Shown in pieces: positions 26,080-36,378 of a stretch of 64,000 nucleotides of DNA (position 1 is the stretch's first letter; each line of letters opens with the position of its first letter). The DNA comes from Lama glama (Eukaryota): positions 9,796,001 to 9,860,000 of the forward strand of contig CM052820.1 in the NCBI GenBank assembly GCA_028534125.1, written 5' to 3'. The translations under genes were made by a program, and so were the position numbers. The notes beneath the pieces were generated by a model. That model did no database searches, was not told the DNA's origin, and saw only the letters and a program-made list of their open reading frames with translations.

Positions 26080-26106
26080 ATTTTTTGTTTGTTTTAGTTT
26101 TTGGTT

Positions 26107-26149
<43 letters not shown>

Positions 26150-26239
26150 CTCTTTCTCTCTTTCTTTCTCTCTTTCTTTCTTTCTTTCTTTCTGATTTAC
26201 AATGTTATATTAGTTTCTGGTGTACAGCATAGTGATTCA

Positions 26240-26287
<48 letters not shown>

Positions 26288-26568
26288 TATATATATATAC
26301 ACACACATATTATTTTTTGTATTCTTTTTATTACAGGTTGCTACAAACCGTTGAGTATAGTTCCTTGTGCTACACAGTAGGATCTTGTTGTTTATTCTGT
26401 ACCTACTTGTCTGTATCAGCCCATCCCAAACTCCTAATTTATCCCTCCTCCTCCCTTTCCCCCCTGGTAACCATAAATCTGTTTTCTATGTCTATGAGTC
26501 CTTTCTGTTTTGTAAATAGGTTTGTTTGTGTCATTGTTTTTTAGATTCCGTATATAAGTGATATTATA
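26080..26568 (-). mobile_element. L1 3' end whose tail has expanded into (TTTC)n, with an internal (TA)n(CA)n
   Basis: tttacaatgttatattagtttctggtgtacagcatagtgattca...ggtaaccataaatctgttttctatgtc; flanks tcaggaggtg / tcaggagatg act as a TSD. Confidence 0.8.
26106..26192. repeat. (TTTC)n microsatellite
   Basis: Direct tandem array. Confidence 0.95.
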
Positions 26569-29500
26569 TCAGGAGATGTTAATTTGATGTGTGTAGTAGG
26601 GAAAGTCTCAACTGAGCTGGACCTTTGTAGGAACAGTTGGGAATGGCTCTGTCCTCTGTTAGGCCAATTTAATGACCAAAAAAAACCTACAGGAAGGAGG
26701 TCAGGGCCACGTGGCTGAGGTACCTTGTGGTTCCTCTTAAAGATGCCTGTTCAGTTCAGTGCATTTTTCTTGCATTACCAAATTCTTCCATAAAGTCAAC
26801 CACAACCCATATTATCAGGGACTCTGGCTAAAACTTGCGGTGAGCAGGAAATAGATTAAACACAGGTTTTCCCTTTTCTCTGGCTGCCAAAAGTGATGTC
26901 AGTGGCATTAATGGTCCTTACCTCAGCCCTCTGCAGACCGAGGGCCGTCTGAGGGAACCCTTGTTCAGCGTTCTGGTTCCTCTGCTGCTGCAGAGAAGCT
27001 GACGATGGATGAGGAGGAGCAACTGAGCAGCCAGACAGTTACTCGAAGGTGAAGTCAGGCACTTGCTTTCTCGCAAGTTATGAGATGACTCCAGGGAGCA
27101 GGCAAAGACCACGACATCTATCTAGTGTTTAAAAGAAGAAGTGAAGGTAGGGGGACCAGGGTTGCTTAATTTCCTTTTGCCTAATTCCAGAAACAGTATT
27201 GCAAACACTTTTTTACTATCTCTGCAGCACACTGGAAATGAAGTTGTGATTTTAATTTAAATCTGCTGGTTTGTATCAGAGCCAGACAAGTAAAACCTAC
27301 GTCCTAGATTTCTGAACATTACCAAAAGAAAAAAAAAACCCAAAAAACAAAAATAAAAAGCCCAAACTGATGTGAAATTACAATATAAACCTCAGAGCTG
27401 GAACTGCAATTCTTGTGGGGCAGAATATACTGCAGAAATAGCTCCCATGGAAGCAGAAGAAAGAGACTTTTATGACTTTCTTGCTCAGGTAGGGAAGATG
27501 ATATGTTACTTTCATGTTTTCAAGTAACAGGTTTATTTTGGTTGAGCTCTGTTAAAATTTAAGTGTCCTGTCCCCCAGCACTTGTGGTCTGACTTGCTAA
27601 TTTCAAGGGATTGTCTTTCTGAGTTTTTCCACCATGACTGTCCTGTATATGGGGACATGTTACAATTTTGGCAGAAGAGAGATTTGAGACATTTTGATTG
27701 ACATTTTGGCGGGAGACTGTTACAGTGTTGATCCTCGTTTGCTGGATCTTTTAATTACCTTTTTGCTTTATCGGCATGCTCCATCTTTAATGAGAGGAGA
27801 CAGGAAGTAACTGAAGTGAGTATTCTTTGGCTTAAAGATTTCTGAATGTTTATTCAGATTTCCTCAATATATCATTGATGGAACACTTTTAATTGTTGAG
27901 AACCATATGCTGTTGTTTAAATCTGTCTTCTGCCTAAATCCCAAGTCTCTTGAAAATCATTTCCAGAGCCTCCTCCTTCTGCCCTTCGTTGCTGGGGAAG
28001 GAGGTACCCACAGTGTGGACATTCTCCCTGCGGGACCACAGCGGGAGCCCGCGGGCGTGATGGTCGGCAGATCGGGCCGCCCCTCCCACCCTTCCTTTGC
28101 GTAATGCGTGTGCCTTCCTTCGCTGGTGGCCTCCTGAAGTCTCCGGCCCCGGCAGAGGGTCTTTCCCTGGGACAAAAGGGGACCTGGAGCGAGATGGCCT
28201 CGCACATGTTGGCAGCTCTCCCTGCGTTTCCTGCCTTGGCAGCCCTGCGCTTGGAAGCGCTGGCCGGCAACCTTGTTATTTTCACCAGCCCTCCCCCATG
28301 TGACTCGCACCAGGCAAAAGTGCTATTTAAGCAGCTCCATTAAAGCACTGGCTTGGCCGGCCGGTTACCCTTTGCCATTTAAGACCATGAAACCAAGGCT
28401 TTCCAGCTCAATTCTGGCCTATTTTAAAAGGTGCTGGTTTCCTTTCTTTCGCTAAAATGGCTTTCTCCTTTCAACGTAAAGGAGATCTTAACTCTCACTT
28501 TACTTCTGTAGTTCAGTCCTAATTGCTTTTTTTTTTTTTTTAATTTTATTTTTGGTGATTATAGTCTGAAGGCCTTAAAGCAGAATGCTTTTTTACTGTT
28601 TAGGTCTGTTTAGGTCCTTTCCCCAAATCTCAGCTTGCCCCGCACTTCCCAGCCATACCCTGCGAAAAGCAGAGAGATGACCCCAGGGCCCAAACTTGAA
28701 GCTCTCTTTTTACCCCTTTCCCCTTGGGTGATTCCCATAGCCCGCAGAGCTGGCGGATAATGCTTTCCTCCCTACATGCTGTCGTCTAACTGACGTCGTA
28801 GGACCCAAGCTCTGAGCCAGGCAGTTCCTTTCCTGAGGGGTTTCACAGTCTACAGACAATCCACGCTCTCGCTTACCCATCTGAGACTGCGCAGTGAACG
28901 TTAAAATGAGGACCACCCATACGCCACCAGAACTATACATGTGTTTGATGCTGATGATTTAAAAATTTTTTTACTGTATCCGTTTGCCAGGTTTCAGGTA
29001 AGCTTTGGAAACAGGGTCCTTTTGCAGTGATTTATTGTTGTTTTATTCACATGCAAGCATTCTAGAAGACTCGATTGGCTGTAAATGAGCAGGACTATGC
29101 ATTAATTGCATCACCATCAATGAGGTGGCTGAAGAAATGGATTGTGGCCAAAGTTAGTGTATGCAGTTTGCTTATAACTGTGGGAAATAAGAAATTGACA
29201 GACCTGGGAAGCAGGATATAGAGATGTCACAGGTGCCGTGCTCAGCATCCTGCGAGGTACAGAGCTACCCACCGACCTCTCCGCTCTCACATCCCTGCCA
29301 CCTTTTTCTTCGTCCCATGCCCCGCCCAGGGGAAATTTTTCTGCTCTGAGAGGAGTACTCCCCTTCTGGTTCTTCTGAACAGTTTGCCTGCACCATCCCC
29401 TTAAAGATTTAGGCTTTTGGAAACCAGAAAGCCAGAAATATTTTTCCTGCTTTCAAATGGTCCTCCTTGTCCCCATACATAGTCCGCTGGGAGGATGGGG

Positions 29501-32500
29501 AAGGGATAGAAGACCAAGAAGGTTTAACAAGTTGTGTACCATTTTATCTTCTCCTCACAGATTTTTCAGAATGAGAAAGATCTAAATTTGAGTAAAACAT
29601 TATTTGCCTTTCTATTTAAACATTTTTGACACGAAATGTAAAATATTGAAAGTTCAAATCCTTTAAGTAAAGAGTGAAGTCAGAACCATAGCCGAGTAGT
29701 GGTTTTCCCTGGGTGACAGGAATGATAAGGAATATTTATTCCTTGTTTACATTAACTGTTTTTTATAAATTTTCTACATTATACTCAAGATTTTTTTTTT
29801 AAGTCCTAGCAATTTATGTTAAGGGAAAAGGAAATACGCTGTTTTGACACATTTCTTCAAGTGGAGGAATTTATTTCTATGAATTTTTCTAGTTGAATCT
29901 GCAGTGTAAGATTTCAAACAATGATCCCCATTGAGATCTGAAAGCAAGCCAGAGTTACTTTCTGGCCACATTTTAGTGCATGACAATAGCCAAGCAACTT
30001 ATAGTATTTACTCCTTTTTTTTTTTTTTAAGTAAAAATAGAAACTGCTAGTAATGCCCTAACCAGGGATTTTAACTGTGTTGCACTTGACTCAACCAATT
30101 GGCCTGAAGAGTTTCAAGGCACTTAAATACAAAATAAAAACTTTTCGTCAATGGGTTTGACTGAAAATGCTTTGCTGAAAGGGTGCAGATCCCTCTCGTA
30201 CTTACATCAGAACCTTATGCTGTTTTCAGCTGCTTACGTGGTGGAAACTAATCACTAGGCTGAGACAGTGTGAAAGGAATCAGAAGCTTTATTTGCTTTT
30301 CAGCTCCAGCAGACATAGTTTAAGTGGGTTGAGTCCAGAAGATGTGAATTGCTACCGGATGCAATAATGCAATAATCCATAGGTCTCGAGTAGCATTGCC
30401 CGAGTGTTGACTTACTTGATAATGCTTTAAAAATTACATTTTTCATTACTGGCCACAGGGTTAGGTGGGGGTTTATCCTGTGAGCAGACACAGGCGGACG
30501 GGTACAGTACATGCCGATGCGGTGATGGAATGTTGTCAGAATGTAATTTCCTGCTTCTAAATCTTGTGACAGGTGCATCGCATTTCTGGGTTCAGAAGTT
30601 ATTCCCCAGTGATGTAACTAGAGAGAACGTATCACAGGAACATCACCGTTTGATATTTGCACAGCTCTTCTCCAAGGATATGTTTCACTTCTTTTTTGGC
30701 CCCTAGCTTATGAGCACTACAAATGTGTTTTTGTAAAACATCGTAGCAATATTTGCCTCATGTGGCTGGTGTCAGTCAGTTGGAGTTTGCGTATATAAAG
30801 TGCATTAAACACACATCACCCATGCCTTCTTTTTCAGTGGGCGTTACAATCTTTATCATTGTATTTTTATTTGTCATTCAACAGACGTTTATTGCATTGA
30901 AAGACTGGGGGAGTCTAGTATGGGTATGGCTTTTTTTTTTTTTAACATATTCCTGAGTTACAAAGATGTATGAATATACATTCATACATTATGCATATGC
31001 ATACAAACACATATATATGCGGCTGCCCTTCTCCAAGCGAGTTGCTTTATCGAGCTCAGCCCTTCCTGATTGCAAGCGTGTAGAGGCAGGGATACAGGCA
31101 GATGAACTGAAGTCCCATGAAGCGTTACGCTAAGGTCTGTCTGTAGTGTTATGAGCGTTCCTTTCCAAAAAACTCATTAGAGCCATTGTGAACAGCTATG
31201 TTTTTGGAACTTTAGTTTTGGAGTTCTTTGGCTTTAGAATAATACCTCGCTGGGAACCATCACCCAGCTTAATCAGCTCTTTTATTCACCATATTTGGCT
31301 CTCGAAGCTTTTTGGCTGTCTGCAAAGATCAAATGTGCCCTCAAAGGGCCAAACTGGCTGCTATAGAGACCGTTCAAAAGAATATGCCCAAGGCTGAGAA
31401 GGCAGTTGCAAGAAAGACACGAGAACTTAAGAAGGCTTTCCTCCAAAACGCTTCGAACAATGGCTGCATGATTGGAATAAGTGTGCAGACCCCAGGGTGG
31501 CTGCATGGGGGACAGTCCTCACCGAGGATGTCTGTTAAAAATCCATGTGGTCTACTCAGTAGCTCAACTTTATGTACACACACACAAACACACACACACA
31601 CACCCCCAACCCTTGCACAAAGATAAACAGTTGTGAACCTCAGACTCTTTAAGTTTTTCCAGGCCTCTATTGCCTGTTTATAGGTTCTGTTCCCATCCCC
31701 TCTGTGTCAGCATTACCTCCCGCTTTCCCTCTGTCTCTCTTTCCCTGAGACTCCTAAGTTGATGACGCCAGTCGGTAGCATTAGTGGCTGAGATGCGTGT
31801 TGATCAGGACGTATAATACGGGCTTTGAAAAGTAGTATGCAGAGATTTTGGAGGGGAAGGTATATGACAGAAATGATATATCCCTTTATTTCCTGCTCTT
31901 TGAACATACTACTTGTGGAAGATTACAAGGATGCTTTCAGAGGGGCCCAAAGCAGTAGATTTCCCCATCTGGTGAAGCCATTTTTTTTCTGTCTCTCCTC
32001 ACCGGGCCCCCAGTCTCCACCCTTCGGCAGCCATTCAGGTTGGCACATGTGATAACAAAGCTGGATATAGTTTGTTACTGTGCTAAGCTGTCCATTCAGC
32101 CGCTCCGGATAAGAGCCAGATGTGAGATGAAAAGCATGCCGTGTACCCTTAACTTTTCCCATTTTATATAAATCGGCACTTTGTTTGTCTCAAGCCTTTT
32201 AATAAAGTACGGCCTTCCTAACCCAGTTTTGGGCTCAGATACATGAAGCTGTGTTGAGCTGTATCTAGAAACCCTGGTAGGAACATTTGGATAGATTGCA
32301 ACACGCGTTCAGGAGAAACTTAAAAGTAAGATCTCTGGGACTTTTGAAAGGCTAGATTTTCCTCTCACTTGCAGAAACCACATCAAGTAAATCCTATTTC
32401 TCTGGCAATTAAAGATATAAGCCTGGAGTTTTTGTTTTGTTCTTACCTTGGTGTCTCCATGTCAAGTCTTTATTTGTAAGTAGAAAAATAGACTGTTTAT

Positions 32501-34159
32501 CTATCATTTAGGGGTGGAGTTAATATTGTGAAATAAACAAAAATCTCATTTGGTGGATTTCAGCCTACCTGAAAGCCATTATGTAGATGGTGAATGCTGA
32601 CTGGTCCCAGCCATACTCTTCTTCAAAGAGGAGAGAGAGAAAAACAAAGTTGCGCTGGTCAACACTGACTGTGTGGACGTTAGTCTGTTGCTCTCCTTGG
32701 GGCGGATGTGGATCATTACTGCGGCGTGTCGATCATAACACAAGGCGTGGCCTTGTCGCCGCCCCTTCACTGGGAAAGACGTCTTGCCCATCACTCAAGG
32801 TTCCTCCCCTCTACCCCAGCCTACACTTGTAGACTTGACGCCCTCACCCCTTTGCAGGTACCTCGTGCTCTAAAACCACGTTCCCCCTGTGGCCTGCTCG
32901 GGGCTGCGCTCTCAGCTCCCTGCGCTTTGTCTGGCCCTGTGCCCTCGGTGGGAAGTGTGCTTTGTCTCTTCCATCCATTCCGCTCATAGGTAGTGAGTTC
33001 CTGCTGTGTGCCTGCCCTTGTGCTGGGCGCTGGACACACAGTGCTGAAGCGGCACAGACACCATCCCCATTTCCACCTCCCCAGATGATTCCATTTCTTC
33101 CAAAACAAGCCAGGTGTGTGGGCGAGATGCTTCCTTTACATTCTAAGCGAGAAGCGTTCTTCCCTCCTCTGGGCACTTAGAGCTTTTTGCCTGCGTGCAT
33201 CTATTCTGGGATTCACCCTGTCTCTACTTTGCATTTTATTTGTGAACAGAGCTTACCGTCCTTTCTAGAATTTCTAGAAAGCAGGGCCTGGAGCAGAATT
33301 CACCTTTGTATCCTCTATCATTTTTAATGCAGCCATATACTTCTTCAGCAAGCATTTACTGATTTGCTACTCTGTGCCGCCTAACAGTCTATCAATCTTG
33401 AGATTTATTGATACCTTTTGGGTGCATGAAAAATTGGGACCTCAGAAGGACTATCCCACGTTAGTACTTGAGAACAAAAGCAACTTTCTGAGGTTGAAAA
33501 AGTGTCTCCTCTCTGGAGGCAAGTGGTTAACATCCCTCCCTTGAGGCCTGAATTTTTAAATTGCATAGAAGAAATGTTGCATTCCTGCCAGGATGACTTC
33601 TTTCCATTGGACCAAATTGGAACCCTTTTCTTTATTTAATGATCAACTAGGTCTGTTTTGCTTGCATCTCCGCTTGCATCTCAAATTCTCTTGTCAAACC
33701 ATGTCACCTTAAAAACTGATTTCAGATTTTGCAATGTTAAGCCCTGCAACTTCAAATTCTAAAATCTGCAGTTGATTTTTAACCAAGAGAAGATCAAGCG
33801 TAGCCTGCCTGTAACCTGCTTACCAAATTTTGTAGCTGTTTTACACAATACCTGTAGTGGACATTTTTGTTTTGATCATAAGGACATCAAAGTGTTTTGT
33901 ATTTTTGTATTGCTAAACCTCTGAAACCTCCAAACCACATCGATTTGTTTACTGACTTAATATTGACTATTTTAAGTTTGTGATCGCTTTAGACTCTTGC
34001 GTTTTGAAAGAAAAGAAGTTAAACAGAGTTTGTTGATTTTACTTAAGTACACAGTACTGTTTGTGCCTGTAACTTCAGTTTATCTGGTGCTGTCCCTTTT
34101 TAAAGAAAAAACGCCCCAAAAGTGAGTGAACGTGCATTTTGAGATGCCCATGGTGACAC

Positions 34160-34181
34160 ATTCTTTCGTTTTCCTTTTCAG
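34160..34181 (+). promoter_or_regulatory. IRS1: 3' splice acceptor of IRS1 exon 2
   Basis: Pyrimidine tract ttctttcgttttcctttt followed by CAG. Confidence 0.88.
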
Positions 34182-34288
34182 AATGAAGACCTAAATGACC
34201 TCAGCAAATCCTCCTTTAACTCATGGGTACCCAGACTCTAAATATTTCACGATTCACAGCCAGGACCTCACCTTCCTCCTCTGTAGAT

Positions 34289-34389
34289 GGTACGATGCAT
34301 TCATTTCAGTTTGTTTACTTTACACAATCCTCAGGAGTTTGTTAACTGAACTGCACGTTCTCTGTCGTGCCAAGAAAAAAGCACTGTGA
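34289..34389 (+). promoter_or_regulatory. Proximal miRNA seed-site cluster: miR-126-3p (GGTACGA 34289-34295), miR-203 (CATTTCA 34302-34308), miR-30 (TGTTTAC 34312-34318), miR-96 (GTGCCAA 34367-34373), miR-128/27 (CACTGTGA 34382-34389)
   Basis: Exact seed complements read from the sequence; IRS1 is an established miR-126 and miR-128 target. Confidence 0.7.
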
Positions 34390-34768
34390 CACCAGAACAA
34401 TGAGTCTGCATAAACTTCATCTTCAACCTTAAGGACTTAGCTGGCTACGTGAGCTGACGTGCCCCCCCGCCACGCCACGAGAGAAGGGGTTTACGCTCAT
34501 TGCATTTTCGAGACCCATTTCATCTGCTGCTGCAACTGTGTGCGACAAAGCGTCCTTGTAAATTATTTCATACGGAACTGTTCGCGTCGGGTGGAGAGAG
34601 TATTAAATATTTAACATAGGTTTTTGATTTATATGTGTAATTTTTTTTAATTAAAATGTAACTTTTCTTACAGCACATCTTTTTTTGGGATGTGGAACTG
34701 AGGTATACAATGTTCTGTTGTAAAGAGTGGAGCAAATGCTTAAAACAAGGCTGACAAGAGTAGAATAG

Positions 34769-35096
34769 GGTACGATCCTTGTTTTAAGATTGTAATTCAG
34801 AAAAAAATAATATAATAAGAATCATAGTGCCATAGAGGGTTCTCAACTGTATAGTTATATTTACTGATAATAATCTTGTCTCTTGTAATATAGCCCTGAT
34901 GTTGAGCTGAGATCCTTGCAAGAATTGATCTTAATTTTGTATTTTTTTTTTTTCTGTAAGGCTATAGGCCATGTTAATTAAACTGAAGAAGGCTATATTC
35001 TGCTGGGTATTTTCAAGTGTCAGCTTAAAATTGGCAATCGAATGGAAGCAAAATCACAAGAAAAGGAAATCAGAGTCTTCCATTGTATATACTGTA
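34769..35096 (+). promoter_or_regulatory. Second miRNA/RBP site group: miR-126 (34769-34775), miR-183 8mer GTGCCATA (34827-34834), miR-7 8mer GTCTTCCA (35075-35082), Pumilio element TGTATATA (35084-35091), miR-144 8mer ATACTGTA (35089-35096)
   Basis: Exact motif matches in AU-rich UTR context. Confidence 0.6.
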
Positions 35097-35193
35097 AAGA
35101 GGAGGAGACATGGGGGATCCCTTTGAATCAAAAGCTCTCTTTGGAATGAACAATGTGGGTGTTTGTAAATTCTGGAAATTTCTTTCTATTCAT

Positions 35194-35199
35194 AATAAA
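35194..35199 (+). terminator. IRS1: Proximal polyadenylation signal AATAAA
   Basis: cATAATAAACTAG followed by a U/GU-rich downstream element (tgttgatcttttcttc). Confidence 0.7.
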
Positions 35200-35555
35200 C
35201 TAGAGACTGTTGATCTTTTCTTCTCCCCCTCCCCCCACTTCTCTAAGCTTCCTGTTCTGTTGCCACCATTTTTTCCCCCATGCACACGTTAGGATATTTC
35301 ATTTCCTGCATTGTCTCAAGAAAGATGCAAGACAAGTGAGTACTTGTCTTTAATTTCTAGCCAGAAATTAAAATTCCAGAAAGTGTTTTTTTTTTTTTTA
35401 TCATGCCCAGGGCTGCATGTCACTTTCCTTAAGACTCTTTACTCCTGTTTTTTGAGAACATCCAGTTTTACATTATTTAACTGAGTGGAATTTGGTCCAT
35501 TTGCCCTGGTGGCTACTGGCCTGTTGCTGATTAGTTAATAAAACCCAGTGTGCAG

Positions 35556-36055
35556 NNNNNNNNNNNNNNNNNNNNNNNNNNNNNNNNNNNNNNNNNNNNN
35601 NNNNNNNNNNNNNNNNNNNNNNNNNNNNNNNNNNNNNNNNNNNNNNNNNNNNNNNNNNNNNNNNNNNNNNNNNNNNNNNNNNNNNNNNNNNNNNNNNNNN
35701 NNNNNNNNNNNNNNNNNNNNNNNNNNNNNNNNNNNNNNNNNNNNNNNNNNNNNNNNNNNNNNNNNNNNNNNNNNNNNNNNNNNNNNNNNNNNNNNNNNNN
35801 NNNNNNNNNNNNNNNNNNNNNNNNNNNNNNNNNNNNNNNNNNNNNNNNNNNNNNNNNNNNNNNNNNNNNNNNNNNNNNNNNNNNNNNNNNNNNNNNNNNN
35901 NNNNNNNNNNNNNNNNNNNNNNNNNNNNNNNNNNNNNNNNNNNNNNNNNNNNNNNNNNNNNNNNNNNNNNNNNNNNNNNNNNNNNNNNNNNNNNNNNNNN
36001 NNNNNNNNNNNNNNNNNNNNNNNNNNNNNNNNNNNNNNNNNNNNNNNNNNNNNNN
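35556..36055. other. Assembly gap (500 N) inside the IRS1 3' UTR
   Basis: N run. Confidence 0.99.
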
Positions 36056-36370
36056 TTGAGGACATAAGTGGTTAGCGAGAAATCAATGAGCAGAATCCGC
36101 CCCAATCATTTTCCTGCAAAGGTGGTTATTACTTCTCTAGGAACCTAAGCCTTGAATATGTATGACCAAGATACCTCTGCATGTGGCATTATCAGCCTAT
36201 TTTGGGTGAGAACAAGAAATGAACCAGACTGGAAAAAGCATCTCTTGGTTTCTGTTTCTCTGATGCTTTGTTGAAGTCAAATAGCATTAAGGTAGAAATT
36301 CTTATTTAAGCTGCTTCTAGTGGTCCCTGAGCTGGGTTTGGGGGTGGTCTCAAACTTCACCCCTTTTTAA

Positions 36371-36378
36371 AACTGGAA
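36371..36378 (+). promoter_or_regulatory. miR-145 8mer site AACTGGAA (additional 7mer-A1 ACTGGAA at 36228-36234; let-7 7mer CTACCTC at 36927-36933; miR-144 8mer at 36990-36997)
   Basis: Exact seed complements in the distal UTR. Confidence 0.5.

Larger units (their letters stand above)
1..34181 (+). other. IRS1: Distal part of the single long intron of IRS1 (intron lies in the 3' UTR; coding exon 1 is upstream of the window)
   Basis: Ends in a polypyrimidine tract plus CAG (ttctttcgttttccttttcag, AG at 34180-34181) directly before sequence recognised as IRS1 exon 2. No credible coding exons; ancient repeats interspersed. Confidence 0.85.

Noticed and set aside
33261-33281. TTCTAGAATTTCTAGAA as a heat-shock element
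   Set aside because: Spacing between nGAAn units is off by one base and the site lies in L2-like sequence
34195-34389. 64-aa ATG ORF at the start of exon 2
   Set aside because: Lies in the IRS1 3' UTR over miRNA sites, has no recognisable protein similarity, and nothing supports independent initiation
35473-36105. 170-210 aa ORFs spanning N runs (also 20584-20784 and 56984-57266)
   Set aside because: Artefacts of assembly gaps; the tail of the 57 kb ORF is only a decayed L1 ORF2 fragment
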